This document shows positions 12,775 to 25,799 of a DNA stretch of 64,000 nucleotides, piece by piece. A program made the position numbers and the translations under genes. The notes under the pieces were generated by a model. It saw only the letters and a list, made by a program, of their open reading frames with translations, ran no database searches and was not told the DNA's origin. The DNA is taken from assembly GCF_006345805.1 (NCBI RefSeq), contig NW_021837030.1:1-64000 (forward strand), written 5' to 3'. The DNA is from Octopus sinensis (Eukaryota). Position 1 is the first letter of the stretch. Every line of letters starts with the position of its first letter.

Positions 12775-14127
12775 ATCCATCCATATATATATATATATTT
12801 ATAATGTATTGTACCGTGATGGTAAGATCAACGGAAAAAGTATTCTATAACTATTATTTAGTAGACACAATACGAACATGCTAAAGTTTTTAAAAACGTC
12901 TGATGTCTCGGCACAGTCATCAGATACACTCACATAGCATAACGAACTAGAAACTGAAGGCAGACATTTTGGGGGACTGAGCGTGTCTACAACGTTTTAT
13001 ACTATTTAAAATTGATAATTGATTTTGCTTTTTGCAATGCTTTGTTTTAACATTTTGCTGAATATATTTGCATGAATATAGTACTGAACATATTCATAGA
13101 GTTTTAACCAATGGAGTATGTAAAGACATATATAAATCATTTGTCTTCGTATACAATATATTTGAAAATATTGTATATAAGGACAGTGTTTAAATCCGCT
13201 TAAAGCGTATAGTATTGACTAAGATTTACAATGTTTAAGAAGAAACGAAACAACAGATGTCCCTGTTCGCTTTGATTAATTGCTTAGAGACAAGTTTGCC
13301 TCTTTTCTTTGATGGAAGACATATTACTCAGGAACAGTTTTAAATAAGAAGCATATCCCAGGATCTATTAAATACAGACATTCATCTAAAACAGTAAACA
13401 AAAGAATTAGTTTCTCCATTCGTAAACTCGATCGAAGAGAATCCGACGAGCAACTGACAGTCGAAGAAAAAGTGGATTACAAGGTACTTTGCACCCGCCT
13501 TCTAAAATAAGTGATAGACTGACAAATTAACGAAAATCTAATTTATGTATATTAAGCCTGACATACAACAATTTTCTGATAGCATCATGAACGGTTGCAT
13601 GTCTGAAAATCCCACTGTCAGAAGTGAGTATGAATCTGCTTTCTCTAAAAGCCCAAACAGTAATTGTTTAAAGAGGACATGTGCATTTGAAGTTCTCATA
13701 AATCAGTTCCCTTTTTGTTGACTGTCCGGTTACTGGCGAGATTCTGAGGCTAATTTCCATCCGATAATCACATTTTCTAAATATTTTTCCCTGCCATGAA
13801 ACCAAGAAAGACTTGCGGAACAGAAATATATACGGTTTTAATCCTATTTTTAACAGAGGGTTTTCACCAAGGGTCCACTTCTTTTTAATGAAAAGTGTTC
13901 GGCTCCTCTGCTTCTGATATCTGGGTTCAGCAAAGCAGCTCCTTTCGAATAAAAGTCCTGGCAATTAATAACCCACAGAACATTGATCCTAACATTGAAG
14001 CACGGCTTACAAGTTTATCCAAGAGCTACATAATCAATTAAATCCATTCCTGTGTAATACTTGTAGAGGATCTCACAAAAATCACCAATGATCTTCTATT
14101 AAATCTACCTTATTTTTAGGTTCTGTC

Positions 14128-14290
14128 CTTTACTTCTTTCAGTCATTAAACTGCGACCATGCTGGGGCACCGCCGCGAAAAATATTTTAGTCGAATGAAA
14201 CTGACCCCAATACTTATTTTTCATAAAGCCTGGTACTTATTCTATCGGGCTCTTTTGTCGAACCGCTAAGTAATGGAGACATAAACACAC
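14128..14290 (-). mobile_element. SINE family A, 3' half, diverged
   Basis: cagtcatt.aactgcgaccatgctggggcaccgcc...gaaccgctaagt. Confidence 0.8.
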
Positions 14291-14560
14291 ACAAAGACAC
14301 ACCCACACCCACACACACATATACATATATGTATATGCATATGTGTGTGTATGTATATATATTTATATATATATATATATATATGTATATACATATGTAT
14401 GTATATAAGGTTATAATGGACACAGGTTCGTGTGTCATATAGCTAGCAAGAGGCGATGGTCTCTTGGAGCTAATCAACGGCAGCTTTCGTCCTATTTTTA
14501 TAGACAGCCATATTAGCTTGGCGATAACTGTTAATATCCAGTACCTCTGCCGTAGTCTCC

Positions 14561-14963
14561 TGTGGTAAGTAGCTTGCTTACCAGCCACATGGTTCTGGGT
14601 TCAGTCCCACTGCGTGGCACCTTGGGCAAGTGTCTTCTACTATAGCCTCGGGCCGACCAAAGCCTTGTGAGTGGATTTGGTAGACGGAAACTCAAAGAAG
14701 CCCGTCGTATATATGTATATATGTATATATATGCGTGTGTGTGTTTGTGTGTCTGTGTTTGTCTCCCTAGCATTGCTTGACAACCGATGCTGGTGTGTTT
14801 ATGTCCCCGTCACTTAGCGGTTCGGCAAAAGAGACCGATAGAATAAGTACTGGGCTTACAAAAGAATAAGTCCCGGGGTCGAGTTGCTCGATTAAAGGCG
14901 GTGCTCCAGCATGGCCGCAGTCAAATCACTGAAACAAGTAAAAGAGTAAAAGAGTAAAAGAGT
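14561..14963 (+). mobile_element. SINE family A, near full length
   Basis: Very close to the other family-A copies; (gagtaaaa)n tail. Confidence 0.95.
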
Positions 14964-14967
14964 ATAT

Positions 14968-15132
14968 ATATATACGACAGGCTTCTTTCGATTTCCGTCT
15001 ATCAATTCCACCCACAAGGCTTTGGTCAACCTGAGGATACAGTAAAAGACACTTGGTCAAGATGTCATGCAGTGGGATCGAGCCCCGAACCATGTGGTTG
15101 AGAGGCAAACTTCTTACCAGACAGTCACACCT
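14968..15132 (-). mobile_element. SINE family A, 5' half
   Basis: Reverse complement of the head, directly abutting the plus-strand copy. Confidence 0.85.
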
Positions 15133-15789
15133 AAATTTTCAATACCTCCGATAATTTTTCGAGTATGCTATTATTTATTTTTATCAAATGCAGAGGCGAA
15201 TAAAACTGAGAACCTCATCAGAGCCAGGCATGGCTACGTGGTTAAGAAATTCACTTTGAAACTGCATGATTTCGAACACCGCCACTTTGGCCAAATATTT
15301 TCTACCATTGTTTGTTCTTGAGCGATAATCATAACGCATTGCTTGGTGTAACACTATCACATGGTCCCTGGTATTTTTCTCCCAGTTCATTGACCTCAAA
15401 ATATTCAAGTTAAGTCTCTGTTAAGGGAATACTTTCTTCCTTTTCTCCCATTAATCACAAAAGCCTTGCAAAGGGCAATGGACCCTGCTCTTTCTCTTCT
15501 GACTTGTTGATTAAAAATATACCTTAAGGCATTTTACTTACTTCCTTATACTTTCTGTCATAACGCCAAAACTGTAATTTCTCTTTTGACACAACATAAA
15601 TTATATATGTACGATGATGTAAATTTGTTGAGAGTCAAATAATGACATACGACAAACCATTTTCTGATATTAAAAAAACACGTACGTTTTCTTAATATTG
15701 GTTTCAAATTTCCAAGTGCAGCAACTAATACACCTGTTTGTTGTTTATACACCTGTCTTCGACTTTTGCATTTCTGTAAATTCCAGCAA

Positions 15790-15800
15790 TATGTGTGTGT

Positions 15801-15854
<54 letters not shown>

Positions 15855-16130
15855 GTGTGCGTGCGTGTGTGTGCGGCGTGTGTGTGTGGTGTGTGTGTGC
15901 GTGTGTGTGTTGTGCTGTGCGTGTGGTGTGTGTGTGCGTGTGTGTGTGTGTGTTGTGTGTGTGTGCGTGTGTGTGTTGTGCGTGTGTGTGTGCGTGGCGT
16001 GTGTGTGTGGTGTGCGTGCGTGCGTGTGTGTGCGTGCGTGTGTGTGTTGTGTGTGCGTGCGTGCGTGCGTGGTGTGTGTGTGTGCGTGTGTGTGTGTGTG
16101 TGCGTGCGTGCGTGTGTGTGTATATGTATA
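15790..16130. repeat. (TG)n/(TGCG)n microsatellite
   Basis: Direct inspection. Confidence 0.95.
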
Positions 16131-16250
16131 ATTAAGATAATATTTTGCCTCGATATTGATAAAAGAATTTCATCTATGTGACAAATGTGTCAGTTCGCTT
16201 TGAATTATCGGTAGCAACGGTTTTCAGGAGTTTAATATTTACAGAAAGAA

Positions 16251-17033
16251 TAGCGGCGAGCTGGCAGAATCGTTAGCACGACGGGCGAAATGCTTAGCAG
16301 TATTTCATCTGCCGCTACGTTCTGAGTTCAAATTCCGCCGAGGTCGACTTTGCCTTTCATCCTTTCGGGGTCGATAAATTAAGTACCAGTTACGCACTGG
16401 GGTCGATGTAATCGACTTAATCCGTTTGTCTGTCCTTGTTTGTCCCCTCTGTGTGTAGCCCCTTGTGGGCAGTAAGGAAATAAGTATTTCTCTGCCAAAA
16501 GGTTCTGAGTTCAAATTCCGCCGAAGTCGACTTTGCCTTTCATCCTTTCGGGTTCGATTTATTAAGTACCAGTAAAGCACTGGGGTCGATATTATCGACT
16601 TAATCCGCTTGTCTGTCCTTGTTTGTCCTCGCTGTGTTTAGCACCTTGTGGGTAGTAAAGAAATAGGTATTTCTCTGCCGTTATGTTCTGAGTTCAAATT
16701 CCGCCGAGGTCGACTTTGCCTTTCATCCTTTCCGGGTCGATTAAATAAGTACCAGTTACGCACTGGGGTCGATATAATCGACTTAATCCCTGTATTTGTC
16801 CTTGTTTGTCCCCTCTGTGTGTAGCCCCTTGTGGGCAGTAAGGAAATAGATATTTCGTCTGCCGTTACGTTCTGAGTTCAAATTCCGCCGAGGTCGACTT
16901 TGTCTTTCATCCTTTTGGGATCGATTAACTAAGTACCAATTTTGCACTGTGGTCGATTTAATCGACTTAATCCATTTGTCTCTCCTTGTTTGTCCTCTGT
17001 ATGGTTAGCCCCCTGTGGACATTAAAGAAATAG
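16251..17033 (+). mobile_element. SINE family B1: one head plus four tandem ~183-bp bodies
   Basis: Head gcggcgagctggcagaatcgttagcacg. Units start at 16300, 16484, 16667 and 16850. Flanking 16-bp TSD atatttaca(g/a)aaagaa at 16235-16250 and 17034-17049. Confidence 0.9.
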
Positions 17034-17527
17034 ATATTTACAAAAAGAACTTGGTCGTCCAGACCAAAGGGAATCTACAAACAAAAACGTCTTAAGCGAA
17101 GCTAGAAACTAACCGAACCATCGTTGGCATGGTATAAATTAATCTGCATAGAAAGTCAAAAATAATTTTAAAAATTAATACTGATTTTATCCGTTACTAT
17201 TGAAAAATGGGACTTAACTTTGTACGCGCACGCACGCACACACATGCACACACACACAACAACAACAAATTATATACAAATGTATAGTAGTAACCTAAAG
17301 AGGAAACGTCAACATTGCCGCACGACCTTCTAGAATATAATGGCAAAATTCCATCGAAAAGTACCCTGCTGTCTTATAAAGGTAGAATACGTGGGAGAAT
17401 ACAGTAGACATAGCGATATACTAAAAGAGGGAATGGTCAATGCTTGATGGCATTTAATCATTGGTCTGGTCAATGAGAGCTAGACTGGTGATAAACAACA
17501 ACAACAACAACAACAGCAGCAGCAATT

Positions 17528-18001
17528 GAGGCGCAATGGCCCAGTGGTTAGGGCAGCGGACTCGCGGTCGTAAGAACGTGGTTTCGATTCCCAGACCGGA
17601 GTGTTTATTGAGTGTTTATTGAGTAAAAACACCTAAGCTCCACGAGGCGGGGTGGGGTGGTGAACCCCGATGTACTCTTTCACCACAACTTTCTCTCACT
17701 CTTTCTTCCTACTTCTGCCACAAAGCAGAGGAACCATGTTGTAACCCACTATGGTGTGGTAAAACTTTCAGACCCTAGTCTAAATTGCGAATCCTCTGTA
17801 CCCCAGGATGGTTCAGCTCTCCACCCGTTAAAAGCCACCGTTTACGGCATGAGGATAACAACGTAGCTTTCGCGCCCATGTAACCGCCAGTCTATCGCGT
17901 GTGGTGGGTGGATCTTCAAGTTGCCACACAAATTCTTAGTAGCTTAGAGTAGGCTCGAATTAGAGATTATTCTTTGTGTCTAATGGCGTGAGTCCTGATT
18001 G
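17528..18001 (+). mobile_element. SINE family C head with tail C2 (composite), copy 1
   Basis: Family-C tRNA head, then about 300 bp unrelated to tail C1, ending ggcgtgagtcctgattg. An inverted copy lies at 30342-30750. Confidence 0.85.
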
Positions 18002-18660
18002 GAAGAAGAAGAAGAAGAGAAGAAGAAGAAAAGAGAAGAAGAAAAAGAAGGAGAAGAAGAAGAAGAAGAAGAAGAAGAGAAGAAAAAAAAGAAGGAGGAG
18101 AAAAAGAAGAAAAGAAAAAAAAAAGAAGGAGAAAAAGAAGGAGAAGAAGAAAAGAAGAAGAAAAGAAGAAGAAGAAGAAAGAAAAGAAGAGAAGAAGAAG
18201 AAGAAAAGAAGAAAAAGAAGGAAAAAGAAGAGAAAAGAGAAGAGAAGGAGAGAAGAAGAAGAAGAAGAAGAAGAAGGAAGAAAAAGAAGGAGAAAAAGAA
18301 GGAGAAGAAGAAGAAGAAGAAGAAGAAGAAGAAGAAGAAAAAGAAGGAGAAAAAGAAGGAGAAGAAGAAGAAAAGAAGAAGAAGAAGAAGAAAAAAAGGA
18401 GAAGAAGAAGAGAAGAAGGAGAAGAAGAAGAAGAAGAAGAAGAAGAAGAAGAAAAAGAAGGAGAAGAAGGAGAAGAAGAAGAAGAAAGAAGAAGAAAAAA
18501 GAAAGAAAAAGAAGGAGAAGAAGAAGAAGAAGAAGAAGAAGAAAGAAAAGAAGGAGAAGAAGAAGAGAGAAGAAGAAAGAAGAAAAGAAGAAGAAGAAGG
18601 AGAAGAAGAAGAAGAAGAAGAAGAAGAAGAAGAAGAAGAAGAAGAAGAAGAAGAAGACGA
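18002..18660. repeat. ~650-bp (GAA)n-rich polypurine tract
   Basis: Direct inspection; only A and G on the plus strand. Confidence 0.95.
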
Positions 18661-19166
18661 GAGGACGTAGTAATTTATTAATTCTTCATAGAAGAACATA
18701 AATCCAAGTCTATCACTGCTGGTTTTGAACTCACAACCAAAATAAACCCTATGACGACTCGCTTTATTTCGCTTTGTAGCACGCCATCTCCGCTATATAC
18801 TTACTACTACGAGTCTGCACTCACCACCACCACCAACACTACTACTAATACTAATGCTACCACTTCTATTACTACGACTACTACTACTACTACTACTCGG
18901 ACAATGGTAATGATCTTTATTCATTTCTTTTGTACACTATTATACCAATGTTCCGTATACTTTAATAACAATGATGAAATCAGGAACAGTGGATTACTGC
19001 GCTGATCTAATCGTCTGTGCCCTCCTTTCTTCATATTTATAGCCTTGTATCTTTGATAGAAACCCTTTATTGTAATAATATTATTAATAACAATAATTAT
19101 CATAATAATAAATAGATGATTTCTTCATTTTTACCATGAGAATATCAACAGAATTAATAAAATAAC

Positions 19167-19225
<59 letters not shown>

Positions 19226-19778
19226 CAACAAGGACAACGACAGCAATAATAGGAAATAAAAAGAAAAGGAAGTGATTCGTCTGCAGGTGGAGGACATTTT
19301 CAGAAATTGGATAAGGCAGACGATAAGAATGAGCGAGAAAGAAAGAGGAGGACAAAAAGAATGTGAGAGATGAAGCGAGATAGAAAACTGGGGTTAAGGT
19401 GGAAAGGAAATCTAGCCACCATCTTCAGTGTTCTTCCCTCCGCCAAACACATGTATACAAAGCAAACAGATGAAAATAAAAGCAAAAATCTGTTATGAAT
19501 GTATACATGTACTTTAGGCAAAAAGATACATTTACATCCATGAATAACGTCTTATAATCATATTATCGCATACACCTTCGATGATACATGACCACGCAAC
19601 GTTTTACTCCCTCGGTTTTGTTCCTCCCTCCCCCTCCCTCTATCTTTCTCTCTCTCTCTCTCTGGATGTCTCCTATTCTCTGTCTCTCCATTTACATCTT
19701 TCTCTTTTTCTCCCTCCTTCCCTCCCTCTTATCGTCTGCTTCATGCAATTTATGAACATGCTATTCCATTTGCAGGGG

Positions 19779-19809
<31 letters not shown>

Positions 19810-19831
19810 CCATCTCTCTCTCTCCTCTCGC

Positions 19832-19877
<46 letters not shown>

Positions 19878-19968
19878 AATACACACAGACATATAAACAC
19901 ACTCATTCATATTATATACACCCTCATACATATATTGACACATAGGCATCAATGCACATATATATGTA

Positions 19969-20044
<76 letters not shown>

Positions 20045-21283
20045 TTAGAGGCACAGACATAGAGACATACAGCACAAACTTAGATATACACACATACACA
20101 CATATACACATACATACATATATATAAAGGCACAAACACATATAGAGATATATAGGCTGAGATACCCACATATTTACACACACTGATATACTTATAATTA
20201 TATACATACATAGATACAGAGGCTCATAAACGCAGAGATAGACTTAGACACATTGATATAGACATCTATATATACAGAGAGAAACAAGCACGGAGAGACA
20301 CATAGACTCAATACAACAAATATTACATACAAATGTACACATATATACATACACAGAAACACAAACATACTCACACAGACAGATATGCACATATGCATAT
20401 ACGTACGCCCACACCCACGCAGACAGAGGCACACAGATGCACAGACAGACAAAAATTCAGAGGCGTAAGTAGAGGTAATTAACGAAGGGCGACTGTAAAT
20501 GTTGTCTAGATGTTTCGACTGATGACAATGCGAAGAGAAAGAAAGATGACATAGAGAAATATAAAAAGAGACGGGGTTTGGTTGAGAGGGGAGCGCCAAG
20601 TGTTTGTGAGAAATAGGCTGGAGATATGATTTGGTAAGGGAGCGGTTTGGAATGAGGCGGGGGTTGTTTGGAGAGATACGGGGCCACAAGCGAAAAGTGG
20701 TGTCAAGATGGCAGAAATAGCTTAAATTAGAGGACTGATTTGCTGATGGTACACAAATAAAAGGTAGGAAATATAAAGAGAAAAAGCAAACAAACAAAGA
20801 AGGATAAAGCGTGGGTAAGAAAGGGGAGTGAGAAAAAAATGGAATACAATTTAGGTTGGAGAAGATCAGAGAAGCTGTAGGAAGCGGTATCGATCTTTTG
20901 TGGTGGTTTGGGAGGTTAGGGTTAGAAGAAAGAATGGAAGCAGGAATGGAGGAAGGAAGAGAGGAAATGAAATGAAAGGGGAGAGGGTGATATGGATAGA
21001 GTGAGAAAGAGAGGGAAAGGCGTACGGGTAAGAGCAATTAAAGAATTGTGTGTGTGTGTGTGTAGGAGGGAGGGGAAAAGAGAGACGAAGAATAAGTGAG
21101 AGTGATAGAGAGAGAATGTGATAGGGAGGATGAAAGAAAATTGAAGTGAAAGAGAGAGAGAGAGAGAAGAATGAGAGACGGAAATCTTGATAGAGAAAAG
21201 AGAGACTGATAAGGTGCAAGTGACAGATATGAAAAAAGAAAAGAAAAGAACGAAAGGAAGGAAGAAAGAAAGAAAGAAAGAAA

Positions 21284-21361
<78 letters not shown>

Positions 21362-22302
21362 ACTAGAATGAGAAAGATGCCGAGAAAAGAGCTCGATATA
21401 TAGTTATATGAAAAGATGAAAATCAGAGACAGAGAGAGAGAGAGAGAGCATGGGAGAGAGAGCAGAGAGGGAGTGAATATGTGGAGAGAGAGGTTGGAAA
21501 AGAATGGTCCTAAAGTGATATCAGAAAGACAACACTTGTGTGGAAAGAGGAAATGAGGGATACAATTTCTTATGGGGATGACAAGGCATAAAATAGAGGA
21601 GAGAAGGGATATTTAGGAGAGGAAGGATAAAGGAGGAGGAGAGAAAGTAGAGAGAGAGAGGCAAGGAGTGTGATGAGAGAGAGTGTGGTGACATAGGTGT
21701 GTATAAACCTGTGCTTTTGTATGTGTTTGTATTTACTTATGTAAACACATGTGAATATGTGTACGCGAATATGTGTGCAAGAGTTAGAGAAAGTGTTACT
21801 GGACAGGAGAGAGAGAGAGAGAGACGCAGAGAGCCTAAAGAAGAGAGAGAGAAGGACAGATATAAGGGAGAGCATATGTGCATGCAACATATATCTATGC
21901 AGTTTGTTATGCGTGTTTATATGCGTGTATAATTTTGTGTATCTGACTGCACGTTTGCATATTTGTATGTATGTATGTATGTATGTATGTATGTATGTAT
22001 GTATGTATCTATGTATATGTGTGTATGTATGTATGTATGTATGTATGTATGTATGTATGTATGTATGTATGTATGTATGTATGTATGTATGTGTCTATGT
22101 ATGTGTGTGTCTATGTATGTGTGTATGTATGTGCTTGTGTATGTATGTGTATGTATGTGTATGTATGTGTAGTATGTATCGGTGTGTGTATGTGTTGAGT
22201 GAAAACGTGACGCAAAACTGATTAATGTATCAGGAGAAATAAAGAGACTGGGTTTGGAGTCTCAAGAAGGATAGATACACTGCGACAAATTAGTTTAAAT
22301 AT

Positions 22303-22351
<49 letters not shown>

Positions 22352-23689
22352 AGAGGAGCTGCAACAACACAAAAATAAAACATCAATGACAGCAACAATA
22401 ATAATAACATTAAATGCAACAGCAATAGCAACAACGATATCGATAGTGAAAGTAGAAAGAAAAAAAAAGCGAAAATGCGGCTATAGAACAGAAATTAAGA
22501 ATAACAAAAGGAAAGCGCAGAGTTAAAAAAAAATACGTAAACAAAGTAAGGAAAAAAGATAAAGAAGGAAAGATACGGCCAAGATGGCGATGTATGAAGA
22601 CTGGGGGTTGGAAAGTTGTTGGAAAGTTTGTTGGAAAAAGGGAACTGAGATGGGTGACGAAAAGGTGGGAGATGAGAACGGGTGAAGAAATTGAAAAAGG
22701 AAAGGAAAGGAAAGAGAAGAAATAAGTAAAAAAAAAAAAAAGGAAGAAAGGAAGGAAGGAAAGAAAGAAAGGAAAGATAGCGGGAAGGTAAAAGTCTGCG
22801 GTGGCAATAAACTCAATTCATCTTGATGTGATTCTGTCACGTAGACGGAAGATACAGACAGACACGGAAAGAGATGGAAAGAGATAGATGGAGTGGGAAA
22901 GAGAGAAAGAGAGAAAGAGAGAAAGAGAAACGCGCGTAAACACACTTACACGCCACACACTTACCCATATACACACACAGAAACATTCATAGCCTCGAGC
23001 AGGCAGAGACGACACAGCAGCAAAAGCCTGCAAGAAATGACTGTGGTGAAATGGTATTTTGTTTTGTTTATGGGTTTTGACTGTCTACTTAGTTTTTCTC
23101 TTCTCTCTTCTGAGCGAAGTGAGACGGTAGTTTTCAGAAATCTGACGAGGACGGGGTAAGTAACTGCTTTGGTTTGGTTTGGTTTGGGTGGTAGGAGAAA
23201 AACAGGGAAAAGATGAAAAAAAAAATAGAAGAGAGGGAGCAAGGGAGTATATAGTGAAGTGTAATGAGTGAGGATTGCTCGTTTGGGTCGGGTTTGGGTT
23301 GTGTCTGGGCTTTTGAGCTTCGGTTCGTTCGCTTTGGTTCGGGTTTTCGTTTAAGCTAGATAGAGATAGGGAAGGGACGGTCTTGGTTGGGGGCCCTCGG
23401 TTGATGTTGCATTGTATAGTTTCGTGGAATGGGTTGGTTGGAGAACGGGGAGATGAGAGGAGAGGAGATACGAGATTTTCCGGATGTGCAAGAGGCTGGT
23501 ATAAAGCAGGGGTGGGACGGACGAGAGACAATAGACGACATTTTAGCAAAAATTAATAAATAACAAAATTAACGACAAAATAGTCAAATAAATCAATAGA
23601 AGTGCAAAGACAAGGAGGAAGTGTGGTGGAATATGGCGGCCTATGTCGCCTGTTATTTGTCGATTGATAACCACATAGAGTGAAGTTAG

Positions 23690-23917
23690 CTAGTTTTATC
23701 ATCATAATCAGCATCATCATCAGCATCGACATCATCATCATCATCATCAGCAGCATCTTCATTATTGTTTTAGTCATCAGCATCAGCAACAAATCTTGCC
23801 TGTCATCGTCACTGCCATCCTCATTATTATCATCGTCTTCGCCAGCGTCGGCGTCGTCAGCAACAAATATTATCGTCATGATCATCATCATCGTCGTCGT
23901 CGTCGTCGTCGTCGTCG

Positions 23918-23949
<32 letters not shown>

Positions 23950-24214
23950 TGTATCACTTCCATCAATATTAGCACGGCCGTTACAAGCATCACCACTACC
24001 ACCACCACCTCCAGCAACACCACCACCACCACCACCATCATCGTCATCATCGTCATCATCATCATTATCATCATAGTCGTCGTCATCATTTTCATCATGG
24101 GCGGCGGCGGTGGCAACAGAAGTGACAGCGGCGGTAGAGGCGACGGCCGCTGCAGAAGCAACGGCGGCAGCGGCATCATCATCATCGTCATCATCATCGT
24201 CATCATCATCATCG

Positions 24215-24250
<36 letters not shown>

Positions 24251-24420
24251 CTATCAGCACACTCAACATCAGCACGACCATTACCACCACCATCACCACC
24301 ACCACCACCACCAGCGCCACCACCACTACCACCGCCACTTTCATCACCATCACCATCATCGTCATCATAATCATCATCGTCATCATCAAATACGACAGGA
24401 GCACGCAGCATCATCAACCG
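23690..24420. repeat. Compound trinucleotide repeat (CAT/CGT/CAC/CAG/GCG)
   Basis: Direct inspection. Confidence 0.9.
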
Positions 24421-24543
24421 TAACAGTCATTAAACAAAATGGTAATACTAAAATTGATAAACTATAATCTCTCTTGTTTGCCACAAGGGCGACCGGCAAG
24501 GAAACATTGCAAAGATGGATTAACAAAGATGAAGATTTTCGTA

Positions 24544-24954
24544 CAGGAGTAGCTGTGTGGTAAGTAGCTTGTTTACCAACCACATGGTTCCGGGTTCAGT
24601 CCCACTGCGTGGCACCTTGGGCAAGTGTCTTCTACTATAGCCTCGGGCCGACCAAAGCCTTGTGAGTGGATTTGGTAGATGGAAACTGAAAGAAGCCCGT
24701 CGTATATATGTATATATATATATGTATGTATGTGTTTGTGTGTCTGTGTTTGTCCCCCTAGCATTGCTTGACAACCGATGCTGGTGTGTTTATGTCCCCG
24801 TTACCTAGCAGTTCGGCAAAAGAGAACGATAGAATAACTACTGGGCTTACAAAAGAATAAGTCCCGGGGTCGAGTTGCTCGATTAAAGGCGGTGCTCCAG
24901 CATGGCCGCAGTCAAATGACTGAAACAAGTAAAAGAGTAAAGAGTAAAGAGTAA
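24544..24954 (+). mobile_element. SINE family A, full length
   Basis: Near-consensus copy with (agagtaa)n tail. Confidence 0.95.
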
Positions 24955-25216
24955 TCGGAGTATATATAAATAAGTGGATGAAGCAATCATCCTTCAAAGA
25001 AACTCAGCGAGCTAAGTTACTTTGTCCAACAAGGGCTCTCGCCTCCTCTCTCGACTGTTGTTTTCCAATCTACGGACGCTTAGATAAGTTCTTTAGACAT
25101 GGAACTATAATTCTAGCCATTTTTTCCCGCAGTCATTCACCATTTACGAATCTCATTGGAAGCTTGAACTTACCTCTCCGCCCTCGTTTCCCCTTCCACG
25201 TGGAACTTGAAATACC

Positions 25217-25592
25217 TTTATCCTTTAATTGTCTCAGTCATTAGATTACGGCCCATGCTTGGGCAACGCCTAGATGAAATTTTAGTCGAACAAATTAATT
25301 TCAAGTCCGATACTATCGGCCTCTTTTACCGAACCGCGAAGTTACGTGACATAAACAAACCATCACCGGTTGCCAAGCGGTGGTGAAGGACAAACACAGA
25401 TACAAAGATACACATACACACATAAGCATATATATACGGTGGGCTTCTTTCAGTATCCTTCTAGGAAATCCATTCACAAGGCTTTGATCGGTTATGAGGT
25501 TATAGTTGAAGACACTTGCTCAAGATACCACGCAGTGGGACTGAACCCGGAACCATGAGGTTGGGAAGCCAACTTCTCACGACACTGCCATG
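25217..25592 (-). mobile_element. SINE family A, diverged, near full length
   Basis: Reverse complement, e.g. gaagacacttgctcaagataccacgcagtgggactgaacccggaaccatg. Confidence 0.85.
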
Positions 25593-25799
25593 TCTGCTTA
25601 ACATATTGTGTAATCGTTTGCGTCATAGCCACTGGACAGAGCAAAACTGTCTCCCCGTCCCATTTAAAAAAAGAGCGGTTAAAAGATTTGGTCATGAAGC
25701 TCGATTTGGTAATGAACTCACAATGTTCTCGCCTCTGAGGTTCCTCAGGTGGCGATGACGGCTTATATTGGTTGGCCACATGCTACAGGGACACAGCGG

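Noticed and set aside
16300-17033. Regularly spaced array that might suggest CRISPR
   Set aside because: The whole ~183-bp unit repeats, there are no unique spacers or cas genes, and the unit is a SINE body found elsewhere in the window.
17976-18701. K/R/E-rich 220-240 aa ORFs
   Set aside because: All are frames of the (GAA)n tract.
23553-24423. Long ORFs including an Asp/Gly-rich one resembling acidic matrix proteins
   Set aside because: Open on both strands in several frames, as expected for trinucleotide repeats; no signal peptide or unique domain.
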